NCBI GenBank assembly: GCA_964016885.1
Contig: OZ024741.1
Coordinates: 131,068,001-131,132,000 of the forward strand
DNA from: Eledone cirrhosa
Taxonomy: Eukaryota
Length of the DNA: 64,000 nt
Direction: 5' to 3'
Under the pieces are notes generated by a model. That model had not been told where the DNA came from, made no database searches, and saw only the letters and a list, made by a program, of their open reading frames with translations. Shown here one piece after another: positions 1 to 15,000 of this stretch (the stretch's first letter is position 1; each line of letters opens with the position of its first letter). The position numbers and the translations under genes are program-made.

Positions 1-3000
1 AGGGTTGGAAGCCGTGAACATATAATTTAACACATCATATTTGTCTGTGTAACTAGGGTTGGAAGCAGTGAACATATAACTTTACACATCATATTTGTCT
101 GTGTAACTAGGGTTGGAAGCAGTGAACATATAACTTTACACATCATATTTGTATGTGTAACTAGGGTTGGAAGCGGTGAACATATAACTTTACACATCAT
201 ATTTGTCTGTGTAACTAGGTTTGGAAGCAGTGAACATATAACTTTACACATCATATTTGTCTGTGTAACTAGGGTTGGAAGCAGTGAACATACAACTTTA
301 CACAACCTATTTGTCTGTGTAACTAGGGTTGGAAACAGTGAACATATAAATTTACACATCATATTTGTCTGTGTAACTAGGGTTGGAAGCAGTGAACATA
401 TAACTTTACACATCATATTTGTCTGTGTAACTAGGGTTGGAAGCAGTGAACATATAACTTTACACGTCATATTTGTCTGTGTAACTAGGGTTGGAAGCAG
501 TGAACATATAACTTTACACATCATATTTGTCTGCGGAACTAGGGTTGGAAGCAGTGAACATATAACTTCACACATCATATTTGTCTGTGTAACTAGGGTT
601 GGAAGCGGTGAACATATAACTTTACACATCATATTTGTCTGTGTAACTAGGGTTGGAAGCAGTGAACATATAACTTCACACATCATATTTGTCTGTGTAA
701 CTAGGGTTGGAAGCAGTGAACATATAACTTTACACATCATATTTGTCTGTGTACCTAGGGTTGGAAGCGGTGAACATATAACTTTACACATCATATTTGT
801 CTGTGTAACTAGAGTTGGAAGCAGTGAACATATAACTTTACACATCATATTTGTCTGTGTAACTAGGGTTGGAAGCAGTGAACATATAACTTTACACATC
901 ATATTTGTCTGTGTAACTAGGGTTGGAAGCGGTGAACATATAACTTTTCACATCATATTTGTCTGTTTAACTAGGGTTGGAAGCAGTGAACATATAACTT
1001 TACACATCATATTTGTCTGTGTAACTAGGGTTGGAAGCAGTGAACATATAACTTTACACATCACATTTGTCTGTGTAACTAGGGTTGGAAGCAGTGAACA
1101 TATAATTTTACACATCATTTTTGTCTGCGTAACTCGGGTTGGAAGCGGTGAACATATAACTTTACACATCATATTTGTCTGTGTAACTCGGGTTGGAAGC
1201 GGTGAACATATAACTTTACACATCATATTTGTCTGTGCAACTATTGTTGGAAGCAGTGAATATATAACTTTACACATCATATTTTTCTGTGTAACTAGGG
1301 TTGGAAGCAGTGAACATATAACTTTACACATCATATTTGTCTGTGTAACTAGGATTGGAAGCGGTGAATATATAACTTCACAAATCATATTTGTCTGTGT
1401 AACTAGGGTTGGAAGCAGTGAACATATAACTTCACACATCATATTTTTCTGTGTAACTAGGGTTTGGAAGCGGTGAATATATAACTTTACACATCATATT
1501 TGTCTGTGTAACTAGGGTTGGAAGCGGTGAACATATAACTTTACACATCATATGTGTCTGTGTAACTAGGGTTGGAAGCAGTGAACATATAACTTTACAC
1601 ATCATATTTGTCTGTGTAACTAGGGTTGGAAGCAGTGAACATAGAACTTTACACGTCATATTTGTCTGTGTAACTAGGGTTGGAAGCAGTGAACATATAA
1701 CTTTACACATCATATTTGTCTGTGTAACTCGGGTTGGAAGCGGTGAACATATAACTTTACACATCATATTTGTCTGTGTAACTAGGGTTGGAAGCAGTGA
1801 ATATATAACTTTACACATCATATTTGTCTGTGTAACTACGGTTGGAAGCAGTGAACATATAACTTTACACATCATATTTGTCTGTGTAACTAGGATTGGA
1901 AGCGGTGAATATATAACTTCACAAATCATATTTGTCTGTGTAACTAGGGTTGGAAGCAGTGAACATATAACTTCACACATCATATTTTTCTGTGTAACTA
2001 GGGTTTGGAAGCGGTGAACATATAACTTTACACATCATATTTGTCTGTGTAACTAGGGTTGGAAGCAGTGAACATATAACTTTACACATCATATTTGTCT
2101 GTGTAACTAGGGTTGGAAGCAGTGAACATATAACTTTACACATCATATTTGTCTGTGTAACTAGGGTTGGAAGCGGTGAACATATAACTTTACACATCAT
2201 ATTTGTCTGTGTAACTAGGGTTGGAAGCCGTGAACATATAATTTAACACATCATATTTGTCTGTGTAACTAGGGTTGGAAGCGGTGAACATATAACTTTA
2301 CACATCATATTTGTCTGTGTAACAAGGGTTGGAAGAAGTGAACATATAACTTTACAAATCATATTTGTCTGTGTAACAAGGGTTGGAAGCAGTGAGCACA
2401 CAACTTTACACATCATATTTGTCTGTGTAACTAGGGTTGGAAGCAGTGAACATATAACTTTACACATCATATTTGTCTGTGTAACTAGGGTTGGAAGCAC
2501 TGAACATATAACTTTACACATCATATTTGTCTATGTAACTAGGGTTGGAAGCAGTGAACATATAACTTTACACATCATATTTGTCTGTGTAACTAGGGTT
2601 GGAAGCGGTGAACATATAACTTTACACATCATATTTGTCTGTGTAACTAGGGTTGGAAGCGGTGAACATATAACTTTACACATCATATTTGTCTGTGTAA
2701 CTAGGGTTGGAAGCAGTGAACATATAACTTTACACATCACATTTGTCTGTGTAACTAGGGTTGGAAGCAGTGAACATATAATTTTACACATCATATTTGT
2801 CTGCGTAACTCGGGTTGGAAGCGGTGAACATATAACTTTACACATCATATTTGTCTTTGGAACTAGGGTCGGAAGCGGTGAACATATAACTTTACACATC
2901 ATATGTGTCTGTGTAACTAGGGTTGGAAGCAGTGAACATATAACTTTACACATCATATTTGTCTGTGTAACTAGGGTTGGAAGCAGTGAACATAGAACTT

Positions 3001-6000
3001 TACACATCATATTTGTCTGTGTAACTCGGGTTGGAAGCAGTGAATATATAACTTTACACATCATATTTGTCTGTGTAACTAGGGTTGGAAGCGGTGAACA
3101 TATAACTTTACACATCATATTTGTCTGTGTAACTAGGGTTGGAAGCCGTGAACATATAATTTAACACATCATATTTGTCTGTGTAACTAGGGTTAGAAGC
3201 GGTGAACATATAACTTTACACATCATATTTGTCTGTGTAACAAGGGTTGGAAGAAGTGAACATATAACTTTACAAATCATATTTGTCTGTGTAACAAGGG
3301 TTGAAAGCAGTGAACACACAACTTTACACATCATATTTGTCTGTGTAACTAGGGTTGGAAGCAGTGAACATATAACTTTACACATCATATTTGTCTGTGT
3401 AACTAGGGTTGGAAGCGGTGAACATATAACTTTACACATCATATTTGTCTGTGTAACTAGGGTTGGAAGCAGTGAACATATAACTTTACACATCATATTT
3501 GTCTATGTAACTAGGGTTGGAAGCAGTGAACATATAACTTTACACATCATATTTGTCTGTGTAACTAGGGTTGGAAGCAGTGAACATATAACTTCACACA
3601 TCATATTTTTCTGTGTAACTAGGGTTTGGAAGCGGTGAATATATAACTTTACACATCATATTTGTCTGTGTAACTAGGGTTGGAAGCAGTGAACATATAA
3701 CTTTACACATCATATTTGTCTGTGTAACTAGGGTTGGAAGCAGTGAACATATAACTTTACACATCATATTTGTCTGTGTAACTAGGGTTGGAAGCGGTGA
3801 ACATATAACTTTACACATCATATTTGTCTGTGTAACTAGGGTTGGAAGCCGTGAACATATAATTTAACACATCATATTTGTCTGTGTAACTAGGGTTGGA
3901 AGCGGTGAACATATTACTTTACACATCATATTTGTCTGTGTAACAAGGGTTGGAAGAAGTGAACATATAACTTTACAAATCATATTTGTCTGTGTAACAA
4001 GGGTTGAAAGCAGTGAACACACAACTTTACACATCATATTTGTCTGTGTAACTAGGGTTGGAAGCAGTGAACATATAACTTTACACATCATATTTGTCTA
4101 TGTAACTAGGGTTGGAATTAGTGAACATATAACTTTACACATCATATTTGTCTGTGTAACTAAGGTTGGAAGCAGTGAACATATAACTTTACACATCATA
4201 TTTGTCTGTGTAACTAGGGTTGGAAGCAGTGAACATATAACTTTACACATCATATTTGTCTGTGTAACTAGGGTTGGAAGCAGTGAACATATAACTTTAC
4301 ACATCATATTTGTCTGTGTAACTAGGGTTGGAAGCGGTGAACATATAACTTTACACATCATATTTGTCTGTGTAACTAGGGTTGGAAGCAGTGAACATAT
4401 AACTTTACACATCACATTTGTCTGTGTAACTAGGGTTGGAAGCAGTGAACATATAATTTTACACATCATATTTGTCTGCGTAACTCGGGTTGGAAGCGGT
4501 GAACATATAACTTTACACATCATATTTGTCTGTGTAACTAGGGTCGGAAGCGGTGAACATATAACTTTACACATCATATGTGTCTGTGTAACTAGGGTTG
4601 GAAGCAGTGAACATATAACTTTACACATCATATTTGTCTGTGTAACTAGGGTTGGAAGCAGTGAACATAGAACTTTACACGTCATATTTGTCTGTGTAAC
4701 TAGGATTGGAAGCGGTGAATATATAACTTCACAAATCATATTTGTCTGTGTAACTAGGGTTGGAAGCAGTGAACATATAACTTCACACATCATATTTTTC
4801 TGTGTAACTAGGGTTTGGAAGCGGTGAACATATAACTTTACACATCATATTTGTCTGTGTAACTAGGGTTGGAAGCAGTGAACATATAACTTTACACATC
4901 ATATTTGTCTGTGTAACTAGGGTTGGAAGCAGTGAACATATAACTTTACACATCATATTTGTCTGTGTAACTAGGGTTGGAAGCGGTGAACATATAACTT
5001 TACACATCATATTTGTCTGTGTAACTAGGGTTGGAAGCCGTGAACATATAATTTAACACATCATATTTGTCTGTGTAACTAGGGTTGGAAGCGGTGAACA
5101 TATAACTTTACACATCATATTTGTCTGTGTAACAAGGGTTGGAAGAAGTGAACATATAACTTTACAAATCATATTTGTCTGTGTAACAAGGGTTGGAAGC
5201 AGTGAGCACACAACTTTACAGATCATATTTGTCTGTGTAACTAGGGTTGGAAGCAGTGAACATATAACTTTACACATCATATTTGTCTGTGTAACTAGGG
5301 TTGGAAGCACTGAACATATAACTTTACACATCATATTTGTCTATGTAACTAGGGTTGGAAGCAGTGAACATATAACTTTACACATCATATTTGTCTGTGT
5401 AACTAGGGTTGGAAGCGGTGAACATATAACTTTACACATCATATTTGTCTGTGTAACTAGGGTTGGAAGCGGTGAACATATAACTTTACACATCATATTT
5501 GTCTGTGTAACTAGGGTTGGAAGCAGTGAACATATAACTTTACACATCACATTTGTCTGTGTAACTAGGGTTGGAAGCAGTGAACATATAATTTTACACA
5601 TCATATTTGTCTGCGTAACTCGGGTTGGAAGCGGTGAACATATAACTTTACACATCATATTTGTCTTTGGAACTAGGGTCGGAAGCGGTGAACATATAAC
5701 TTTACACATCATATGTGTCTGTGTAACTAGGGTTGGAAGCAGTGAACATATAACTTTACACATCATATTTGTCTGTGTAACAAGGGTTGGAAGAAGTGAA
5801 CATATAACTTTACAAATCATATTTGTCTGTGTAACAAGGGTTGAAAGCAGTGAACACACAACTTTACACATCATATTTGTCTGTGTAACTAGGGTTGGAA
5901 GCAGTGAACATATAACTTTACACATCATATTTGTCTATGTAACTAGGGTTGGAATTAGTGAACATATAACTTTACACATCATATTTGTCTGTGTAACTAA

Positions 6001-9000
6001 GGTTGGAAGCAGTGAACATATAACTTTACACATCATATTTGTCTGTGTAACTAGGGTTGGAAGCAGTGAACATATAACTTTACACATCATATTTGTCTGT
6101 GTAACTAGGGTTGGAAGCAGTGAACATATAACTTTACACATCATATTTGTCTGTGTAACTAGGGTTGGAAGCGGTGAACATATAACTTTACACATCATAT
6201 TTGTCTGTGTAACTAGGGTTGGAAGCAGTGAACATATAACTTTACACATCACATTTGTCTGTGTAACTAGGGTTGGAAGCAGTGAACATACAATTTTACA
6301 CATCATATTTGTCTGCGTAACTCGGGTTGGAAGCGGTGAACATATAACTTTACACATCATATTTGTCTGTGTAACTAGGGTCGGAAGCGGTGAACATATA
6401 ACTTTACACATCATATGTGTCTGTGTAACTAGGGTTGGAAGCAGTGAACATATAACTTTACACATCATATTTGTCTGTGTAACTAGGGTTGGAAGCAGTG
6501 AACATAGAACTTTACACGTCATATTTGTCTGTGTAACTAGGGTTGGAAGCAGTGAACATATAACTTTACACATCATATTTGTCTGTGTAACTCGGGTTGG
6601 AAGCGGTGAACATATAACTTTACACATCATATTTGTCTGTGTAACTAGGGTTGGAAGCAGTGAATATATAACTTTACACATCATATTTGTCTGTGTAACT
6701 ACGGTTGGAAGCAGTGAACATATAACTTTACACATCATATTTGTCTGTGTAACTAGGATTGGAAGCGGTGAATATATAACTTCACAAATCATATTTGTCT
6801 GTGTAACTAGGGTTGGAAGCAGTGAACATATAACTTCACACATCATATTTTTCTGTGTAACTAGGGTTTGGAAGCGGTGAACATATAACTTTACACATCA
6901 TATTTGTCTGTGTAACTAGGGTTGGAAGCAGTGAACATATAACTTTACACATCATATTTGTCTGTGTAACTAGGGTTGGAAGCAGTGAACATATAACTTT
7001 ACACATCATATTTGTCTGTGTAACTAGGGTTGGAAGCGGTGAACATATAACTTTACACATCATATTTGTCTGTGTAACTAGGGTTGGAAGCCGTGAACAT
7101 ATAATTTAACACATCATATTTGTCTGTGTAACTAGGGTTGGAAGCGGTGAACATATAACTTTACACATCATATTTGTCTGTGTAACAAGGGTTGGAAGAA
7201 GTGAACATATAACTTTACAAATCATATTTGTCTGTGTAACAAGGGTTGGAAGCAGTGAGCACACAACTTTACACATCATATTTGTCTGTGTAACTAGGGT
7301 TGGAAGCAGTGAACATATAACTTTACACATCATATTTGTCTGTGTAACTAGGGTTGGAAGCACTGAACATATAACTTTACACATCATATTTGTCTATGTA
7401 ACTAGGGTTGGAAGCAGTGAACATATAACTTTACACATCATATTTGTCTGTGTAACTAGGGTTGGAAGCGGTGAACATATAACTTTACACATCATATTTG
7501 TCTGTGTAACTAGGGTTGGAAGCGGTGAACATATAACTTTACACATCATATTTGTCTGTGTAACTAGGGTTGGAAGCAGTGAACATATAACTTTACACAT
7601 CACATTTGTCTGTGTAACTAGGGTTGGAAGCAGTGAACATATAATTTTACACATCATATTTGTCTGCGTAACTCGGGTTGGAAGCGGTGAACATATAACT
7701 TTACACATCATATTTGTCTTTGGAACTTGGGTCGGAAGCGGTGAACATATAACTTTACACATCATATGTGTCTGTGTAACTAGGGTTGGAAGCAGTGAAC
7801 ATATAACTTTACACATCATATTTGTCTGTGTAACTAGGGTTGGAAGCAGTGAACATAGAACTTTACACATCATATTTGTCTGTGTAACTCGGGTTGGAAG
7901 CAGTGAATATATAACTTTACACATCATATTTGTCTGTGTAACTAGGGTTGGAAGCGGTGAACATATAACTTTACACATCATATTTGTCTGTGTAACTAGG
8001 GTTGGAAGCCGTGAACATATAATTTAACACATCATATTTGTCTGTGTAACTAGGGTTAGAAGCGGTGAACATATAACTTTACACATCATATTTGTCTGTG
8101 TAACAAGGGTTGGAAGAAGTGAACATATAACTTTACAAATCATATTTGTCTGTGTAACAAGGGTTGAAAGCAGTGAACACACAACTTTACACATCATATT
8201 TGTCTGTGTAACTAGGGTTGGAAGCAGTGAACATATAACTTTACACATCATATTTGTCTGTGTAACTAGGGTTGGAAGCGGTGAACATATAACTTTACAC
8301 ATCATATTTGTCTGTGTAACTAGGGTTGGAAGCAGTGAACATATAACTTTACACATCATATTTGTCTATGTAACTAGGGTTGGAAGCAGTGAACATATAA
8401 CTTTACACATCATATTTGTCTGTGTAACTAGGGTTGGAAGCAGTGAACATATAACTTCACACATCATATTTTTCTGTGTAACTAGGGTTTGGAAGCGGTG
8501 AATATATAACTTTACACATCATATTTGTCTGTGTAACTAGGGTTGGAAGCAGTGAACATATAACTTTACACATCATATTTGTCTGTGTAACTAGGGTTGG
8601 AAGCAGTGAACATATAACTTTACACATCATATTTGTCTGTGTAACTAGGGTTGGAAGCGGTGAACATATAACTTTACACATCATATTTGTCTGTGTAACT
8701 AGGGTTGGAAGCAGTGAACATATAACTTTACACATCATATTTGTCTGTGTAACTAGGGTTGGAAGCAGTGAACATATAACTTTACACATCATATTTGTCT
8801 GTGTAACTAGGGTTGGAAGCGGTGAACATATAACTTTACACATCATATTTGTCTGTGTAACTAGGGTTGGAAGCCGTGAACATATAATTTAACACATCAT
8901 ATTTGTCTGCGTAACTCGGGTTGGAAGCGGTGAACATATTACTTTACACATCATATTTGTCTGTGTAACAAGGGTTGGAAGAAGTGAACATATAACTTTA

Positions 9001-12000
9001 CAAATCATATTTGTCTGTGTAACAAGGGTTGAAAGCAGTGAACACACAACTTTACACATCATATTTGTCTGTGTAACTAGGGTTGGAAGCAGTGAACATA
9101 TAACTTTACACATCATATTTGTCTATGTAACTAGGGTTGGAATTAGTGAACATATAACTTTACACATCATATTTGTCTGTGTAACTAAGGTTGGAAGCAG
9201 TGAACATATAACTTTACACATCATATTTGTCTGTGTAACTAGGGTTGGAAGCAGTGAACATATAACTTTACACATCATATTTGTCTGTGTAACTAGGGTT
9301 GGAAGCAGTGAACATATAACTTTACACATCATATTTGTCTGTGTAACTAGGGTTGGAAGCGGTGAACATATAACTTTACACATCATATTTGTCTGTGTAA
9401 CTAGGGTTGGAAGCAGTGAACATATAACTTTACACATCACATTTGTCTGTGTAACTAGGGTTGGAAGCAGTGAACATATAATTTTACACATCATATTTGT
9501 CTGCGTAACTCGGGTTGGAAGCGGTGAACATATAACTTTACACATCATATTTGTCTGTGTAACTAGGGTCGGAAGCGGTGAACATATAACTTTACACATC
9601 ATATGTGTCTGTGTAACTAGGGTTGGAAGCAGTGAACATATAACTTTACACATCATATTTGTCTGTGTAACTAGGGTTGGAAGCAGTGAACATAGAACTT
9701 TACACGTCATATTTGTCTGTGTAACTAGGATTGGAAGCGGTGAATATATAACTTCACAAATCATATTTGTCTGTGTAACTAGGGTTGGAAGCAGTGAACA
9801 TATAACTTCACACATCATATTTTTCTGTGTAACTAGGGTTTGGAAGCGGTGAACATATAACTTTACACATCATATTTGTCTGTGTAACTAGGGTTGGAAG
9901 CAGTGAACATATAACTTTACACATCATATTTGTCTGTGTAACTAGGGTTGGAAGCAGTGAACATATAACTTTACACATCATATTTGTCTGTGTAACTAGG
10001 GTTGGAAGCGGTGAACATATAACTTTACACATCATATTTGTCTGTGTAACTAGGGTTGGAAGCCGTGAACATATAATTTAACACATCATATTTGTCTGTG
10101 TAACTAGGGTTGGAAGCGGTGAACATATAACTTTACACATCATATTTGTCTGTGTAACAAGGGTTGGAAGCAGTGAGCACACAACTTTACAGATCATATT
10201 TGTCTGTGTAACTAGGGTTGGAAGCAGTGAACATATAACTTTACACATCATATTTGTCTGTGTAACTAGGGTTGGAAGCACTGAACATATAACTTTACAC
10301 ATCATATTTGTCTATGTAACTAGGGTTGGAAGCAGTGAACATATAACTTTACACATCATATTTGTCTGTGTAACTAGGGTTGGAAGCGGTGAACATATAA
10401 CTTTACACATCATATTTGTCTGTGTAACTAGGGTTGGAAGCGGTGAACATATAACTTTACACATCATATTTGTCTGTGTAACTAGGGTTGGAAGCAGTGA
10501 ACATATAACTTTACACATCACATTTGTCTGTGTAACTAGGGTTGGAAGCAGTGAACATATAATTTTACACATCATATTTGTCTGCGTAACTCGGGTTGGA
10601 AGCGGTGAACATATAACTTTACACATCATATTTGTCTTTGGAACTAGGGTCGGAAGCGGTGAACATATAACTTTACACATCATATGTGTCTGTGTAACTA
10701 GGGTTGGAAGCAGTGAACATATAACTTTACACATCATATTTGTCTGTGTAACTAGGGTTGGAAGCAGTGAACATAGAACTTTACACGTCATATTTGTCTG
10801 TGTAACTAGGGTTGGAAGCAGTGAACATATAACTTTACACATCATATTTGTCTGTGTAACTCGGGTTGGAAGCAGTGAATATATAACTTTACACATCATA
10901 TTTGTCTGTGTAACTAGGGTTGGAAGCGGTGAACATATAACTTTACACATCATATTTGTCTGTGTAACTAGGGTTGGAAGCCGTGAACATATAATTTAAC
11001 ACATCATATTTGTCTGTGTAACTAGGGTTAGAAGCGGTGAACATATAACTTTACACATCATATTTGTCTGTGTAACAAGGGTTGGAAGAAGTGAACATAT
11101 AACTTTACAAATCATATTTGTCTGTGTAACAAGGGTTGAAAGCAGTGAACACACAACTTTACACATCATATTTGTCTGTGTAACTAGGGTTGGAAGCAGT
11201 GAACATATAACTTTACACATCATATTTGTCTGTGTAACTAGGGTTGGAAGCGGTGAACATATAACTTTACACATCATATTTGTCTGTGTAACTAGGGTTG
11301 GAAGCCGTGAACATATAACTTTACACATCATATTTGTCTATGTAACTAGGGTTGGAAGCAGTGAACATATAACTTTACACATCATATTTGTCTGTGTAAC
11401 TAGGGTTGGAAGCAGTGAACATATAACTTTACACATCATATTTATCTGTGTAACTAGGGTTGGAAGCAGTGAACATATAACTTTACACATCATATTTGTC
11501 TGTGTAACTAGGGTTGGAAGCAGTGAACATATAACTTTACACATCATATTTGTTTGTGTAACTAGGGTTGGAAGCAGTGAAATTATAACTTTACACATCA
11601 TATTTGTCTGTGTAACTAGGGTTGGAAGCACTGAACATATAACTTTACACATCATATTTGTCTATGTAACTAGGGTTGGAAGCAGTGAACATATAACTTT
11701 ACACATCATATTTGTCTGTGTAACTAGGTTTTGGAAGCGGTGAACATATAACTTTACACATCATATTTGTCTGTGTAACTAGGGTTGGAAGCGGTGAACA
11801 TATAACTTTACACATCATATTTGTCTGTGTAACTAGGGTTGGAAGCAGTGAACATATAACTTTACACATCATATTTGTCTGTGTAACTAGGTTTGGAAGC
11901 GGTGAACATATAACTTTACACATCATATTTGTCTGTGTAACTAGGGTTGGAAGCAGTGAACATACAACTTTACACATCATAATTGTCTGTGTAACTAGGG

Positions 12001-15000
12001 TTGGAAGCAGTGAACATATAACTTTACACATCATATTTGTCTGTGTAACTAGGGTTGGAAGCAGTGAACATACAACTTTACACATCATATTTGTCTGTGT
12101 AACTAGGGTTGGAAGCAGTGAACATATAACTTTACACATCATATTTGTCTGCGGAACTAGGGTTGGAAGCAGTGAACATATAATTTTACACATCATATTT
12201 GTCTGCGTAACTCGGGTTGGAAGCGGTGAACATATAACTTTACACATCATATTTGTCTGTGGAACTAGGGTCGGAAGCGGTGAACATATAACTTTACACA
12301 TCATATGTGTCTGTGTAACTAGGGTTGGAAGCAGAGAACATATAACTTTACACATCATATTTGTCTGTGTAACTAGGGTTGGAAGCAGTGAACATAGAAC
12401 TTTACACGTCATATTTGTCTGTGTAACTAGGGTTGGAAGCAGTGAACATATAACTTTACACATCATATTTGTCTGTGTAACTCGGGTTGGAAGCGGTGAA
12501 CATATAACTTTACACATCATATTTGTCTGTGTAACTAGGGTTGGAAGCCGTGAACATATAATTTAACACATCATATTTGTCTGTGTAACTAGGGTTGGAA
12601 GCGGTGAACATATTACTTTACACATCATATTTGTCTGTGTAACAAGGGTTGGAAGAAGTGAACATATAACTTTACAAATCATATTTGTCTGTGTAACAAG
12701 GGTTGAAAGCAGTGAACACACAACTTTACACATCGTATTTGTCTGTGTAACTAGGGTTGGAAGCAGTGAACATATAACTTTACACATCATATTTGTCTAT
12801 GTAACTAGGGTTGGAATTAGTGAACATATAAATTTACACATCATATTTGTCTGTGTAACTAAGGTTGGAAGCAGTGAACATATAACTTTACACATCATAT
12901 TTGTCTGTGTAACTAGGGTTGGAAGCAGTGAACATATAACTTTACACATCATATTTGTCTGTGTAACTAGGGTTGGAAGCAGTGAACATATAACTTTACA
13001 CATCATATTTGTCTGTGTAACTAGGGTTGGAATCAGTGAACATATAACTTTACACATCATATTTGTCTATGTAACTAGGGTTGGAAGCAGTGAACATATA
13101 ACTTTACACATCATATTTGTCTGTGTAACTAGGGTTGGAAGCACTGAACATATAACTTTACACATCATATTTGTCTATGTAACTAGGGTTGGAAGCAGTG
13201 AACATATAACTTTACACATCATATTTGTCTGTGTAACTAGTGTTGGAAGCGGTGAACATATAACTTTACACATCATATTTGTCTCTGTAACTAGGTTTGG
13301 AAGCGGTGAACATATAACTTTACACATCATATTTGTCTGTGTAACTAAGGTTGGAAGCAGTGAACATATAACTTTACACATCACATTTGTCTGTGTAACT
13401 AGGGTTGGAAGCAGTGAACATATAATTTTACACATCATATTTGTCTGCGTAACTCGGGTTGGAAGCGGTGAACATATAACTTTACACATCATATTTGTCT
13501 GTGGAACTAGGGTCGGAAGCGGTGAACATATAACTTTACACATCATATGTGTCTGTGTAACTAGGGTTGGAAGCAGTGAACATATAACTTTACACATCAT
13601 ATTTGTCTGTGTAACTAGGGTTGGAAGCAGTGAACATAGAACTTTACACGTCATATTTGTCTGTGTAACTAGGGTTGGAAGCAGTGAACATATAACTTTA
13701 CACATCATATTTGTCTGTGTAACTCGGGTTGGAAGCGGTGAACATATAACTTTACACATCATATTTGTCTGTGTAACTAGGGTTGGAAGCAGTGAACATA
13801 GAACTTTACACGTCATATTTGTCTGTGTAACTAGGGTTGGAAGCAGTGAACATATAACTTTACACATCATATTTGTCTGTGTAACTCGGGTTGGAAGCGG
13901 TGAACATATAACTTTACACATCATATTTGTCTGTGTAACTAGGGTTGGAAGCAGTGAATATATAACTTTACACATCATATTTGTCTGTGTAACTAGGGTT
14001 GGAAGCGGTGAACATATAACTTTACACATCATATTTGTCTGTGTAACTAGGGTTGGAAGCCGTGAACATATAATTTAACACATCATATTTGTCTGTGTAA
14101 CTAGGGTTGGAAGCGGTGAACATATAACTTTACACATCATATTTGTCTGTGTAACAAGGGTTGGAAGAAGTGAACATATAACTTTACAAATCATATTTGT
14201 CTGTGTAACAAGGGTTGAAAGCAGTGAACACACAACTTTACACATCATATTTGTCTGTGTAACTAGGGTTGGAAGCAGTGAACATATAACTTTACACATC
14301 ATATTTGTCTGTGTAACTAGGGTTGGAAGCACTGAACATATAACTTTACACATCATATTTGTCTATGTAACTAGGGTTGGAAGCAGTGAACATATAACTT
14401 TACACATCATATTTGTCTGTGTAACTAGGGTTGGAAGCGGTGAACATATAACTTTACACATCATATTTGTCTGTGTAACTAGGGTTGGAAGCGGTGAACA
14501 TATAACTTTACACATCATATTTGTCTGTGAAACTAGGGTTGGAAGCAGTGAACATATAACTTTACACATCATATTTGTCTGTGTAACTAGGTTTGGAAGC
14601 GGTGAACATATAACTTTACACATCATATTTGTCTGTGTAACTAGGGTTGGAAGCAGTGAACATACAACTTTACACAACCTATTTGTCTGTGTAACTAGGG
14701 TTGGAAACAGTGAACATATAAATTTACAAATCTTATTTGTCTGTGTAACTAGGGTTGGAAGCAGGGAACATATAACTTTACACATCATAATTGTCTGTGT
14801 AACTAGGGTTGGAAGCAGTGAACATATAACTTTACACATCATATTTGTCTGTGTAACTAGGGTTGGAAGCAGTGAACATAGAACTTTACACGTCATATTT
14901 GTCTGTGTAACTAGGGTTGGAAGCAGTGAACATATAACTTTACACATCATATTTGTCTGTGTAACTAGGGTTGGAAGCGCTGAACATATAACTTTACACA

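Noticed and set aside
1-54. Hammerhead or C/D-box RNA encoded by the satellite monomer
   Set aside because: Neither strand of the consensus has CTGAnGA plus GAAA or a CTGA D box; ATGATGT is only a partial C box.
1-54. Origin of the monomer from a 27-bp dimer (TAACT recurs every 27 bp in the consensus)
   Set aside because: Similarity is limited to about 8-9 of 27 positions, too weak to distinguish from chance.
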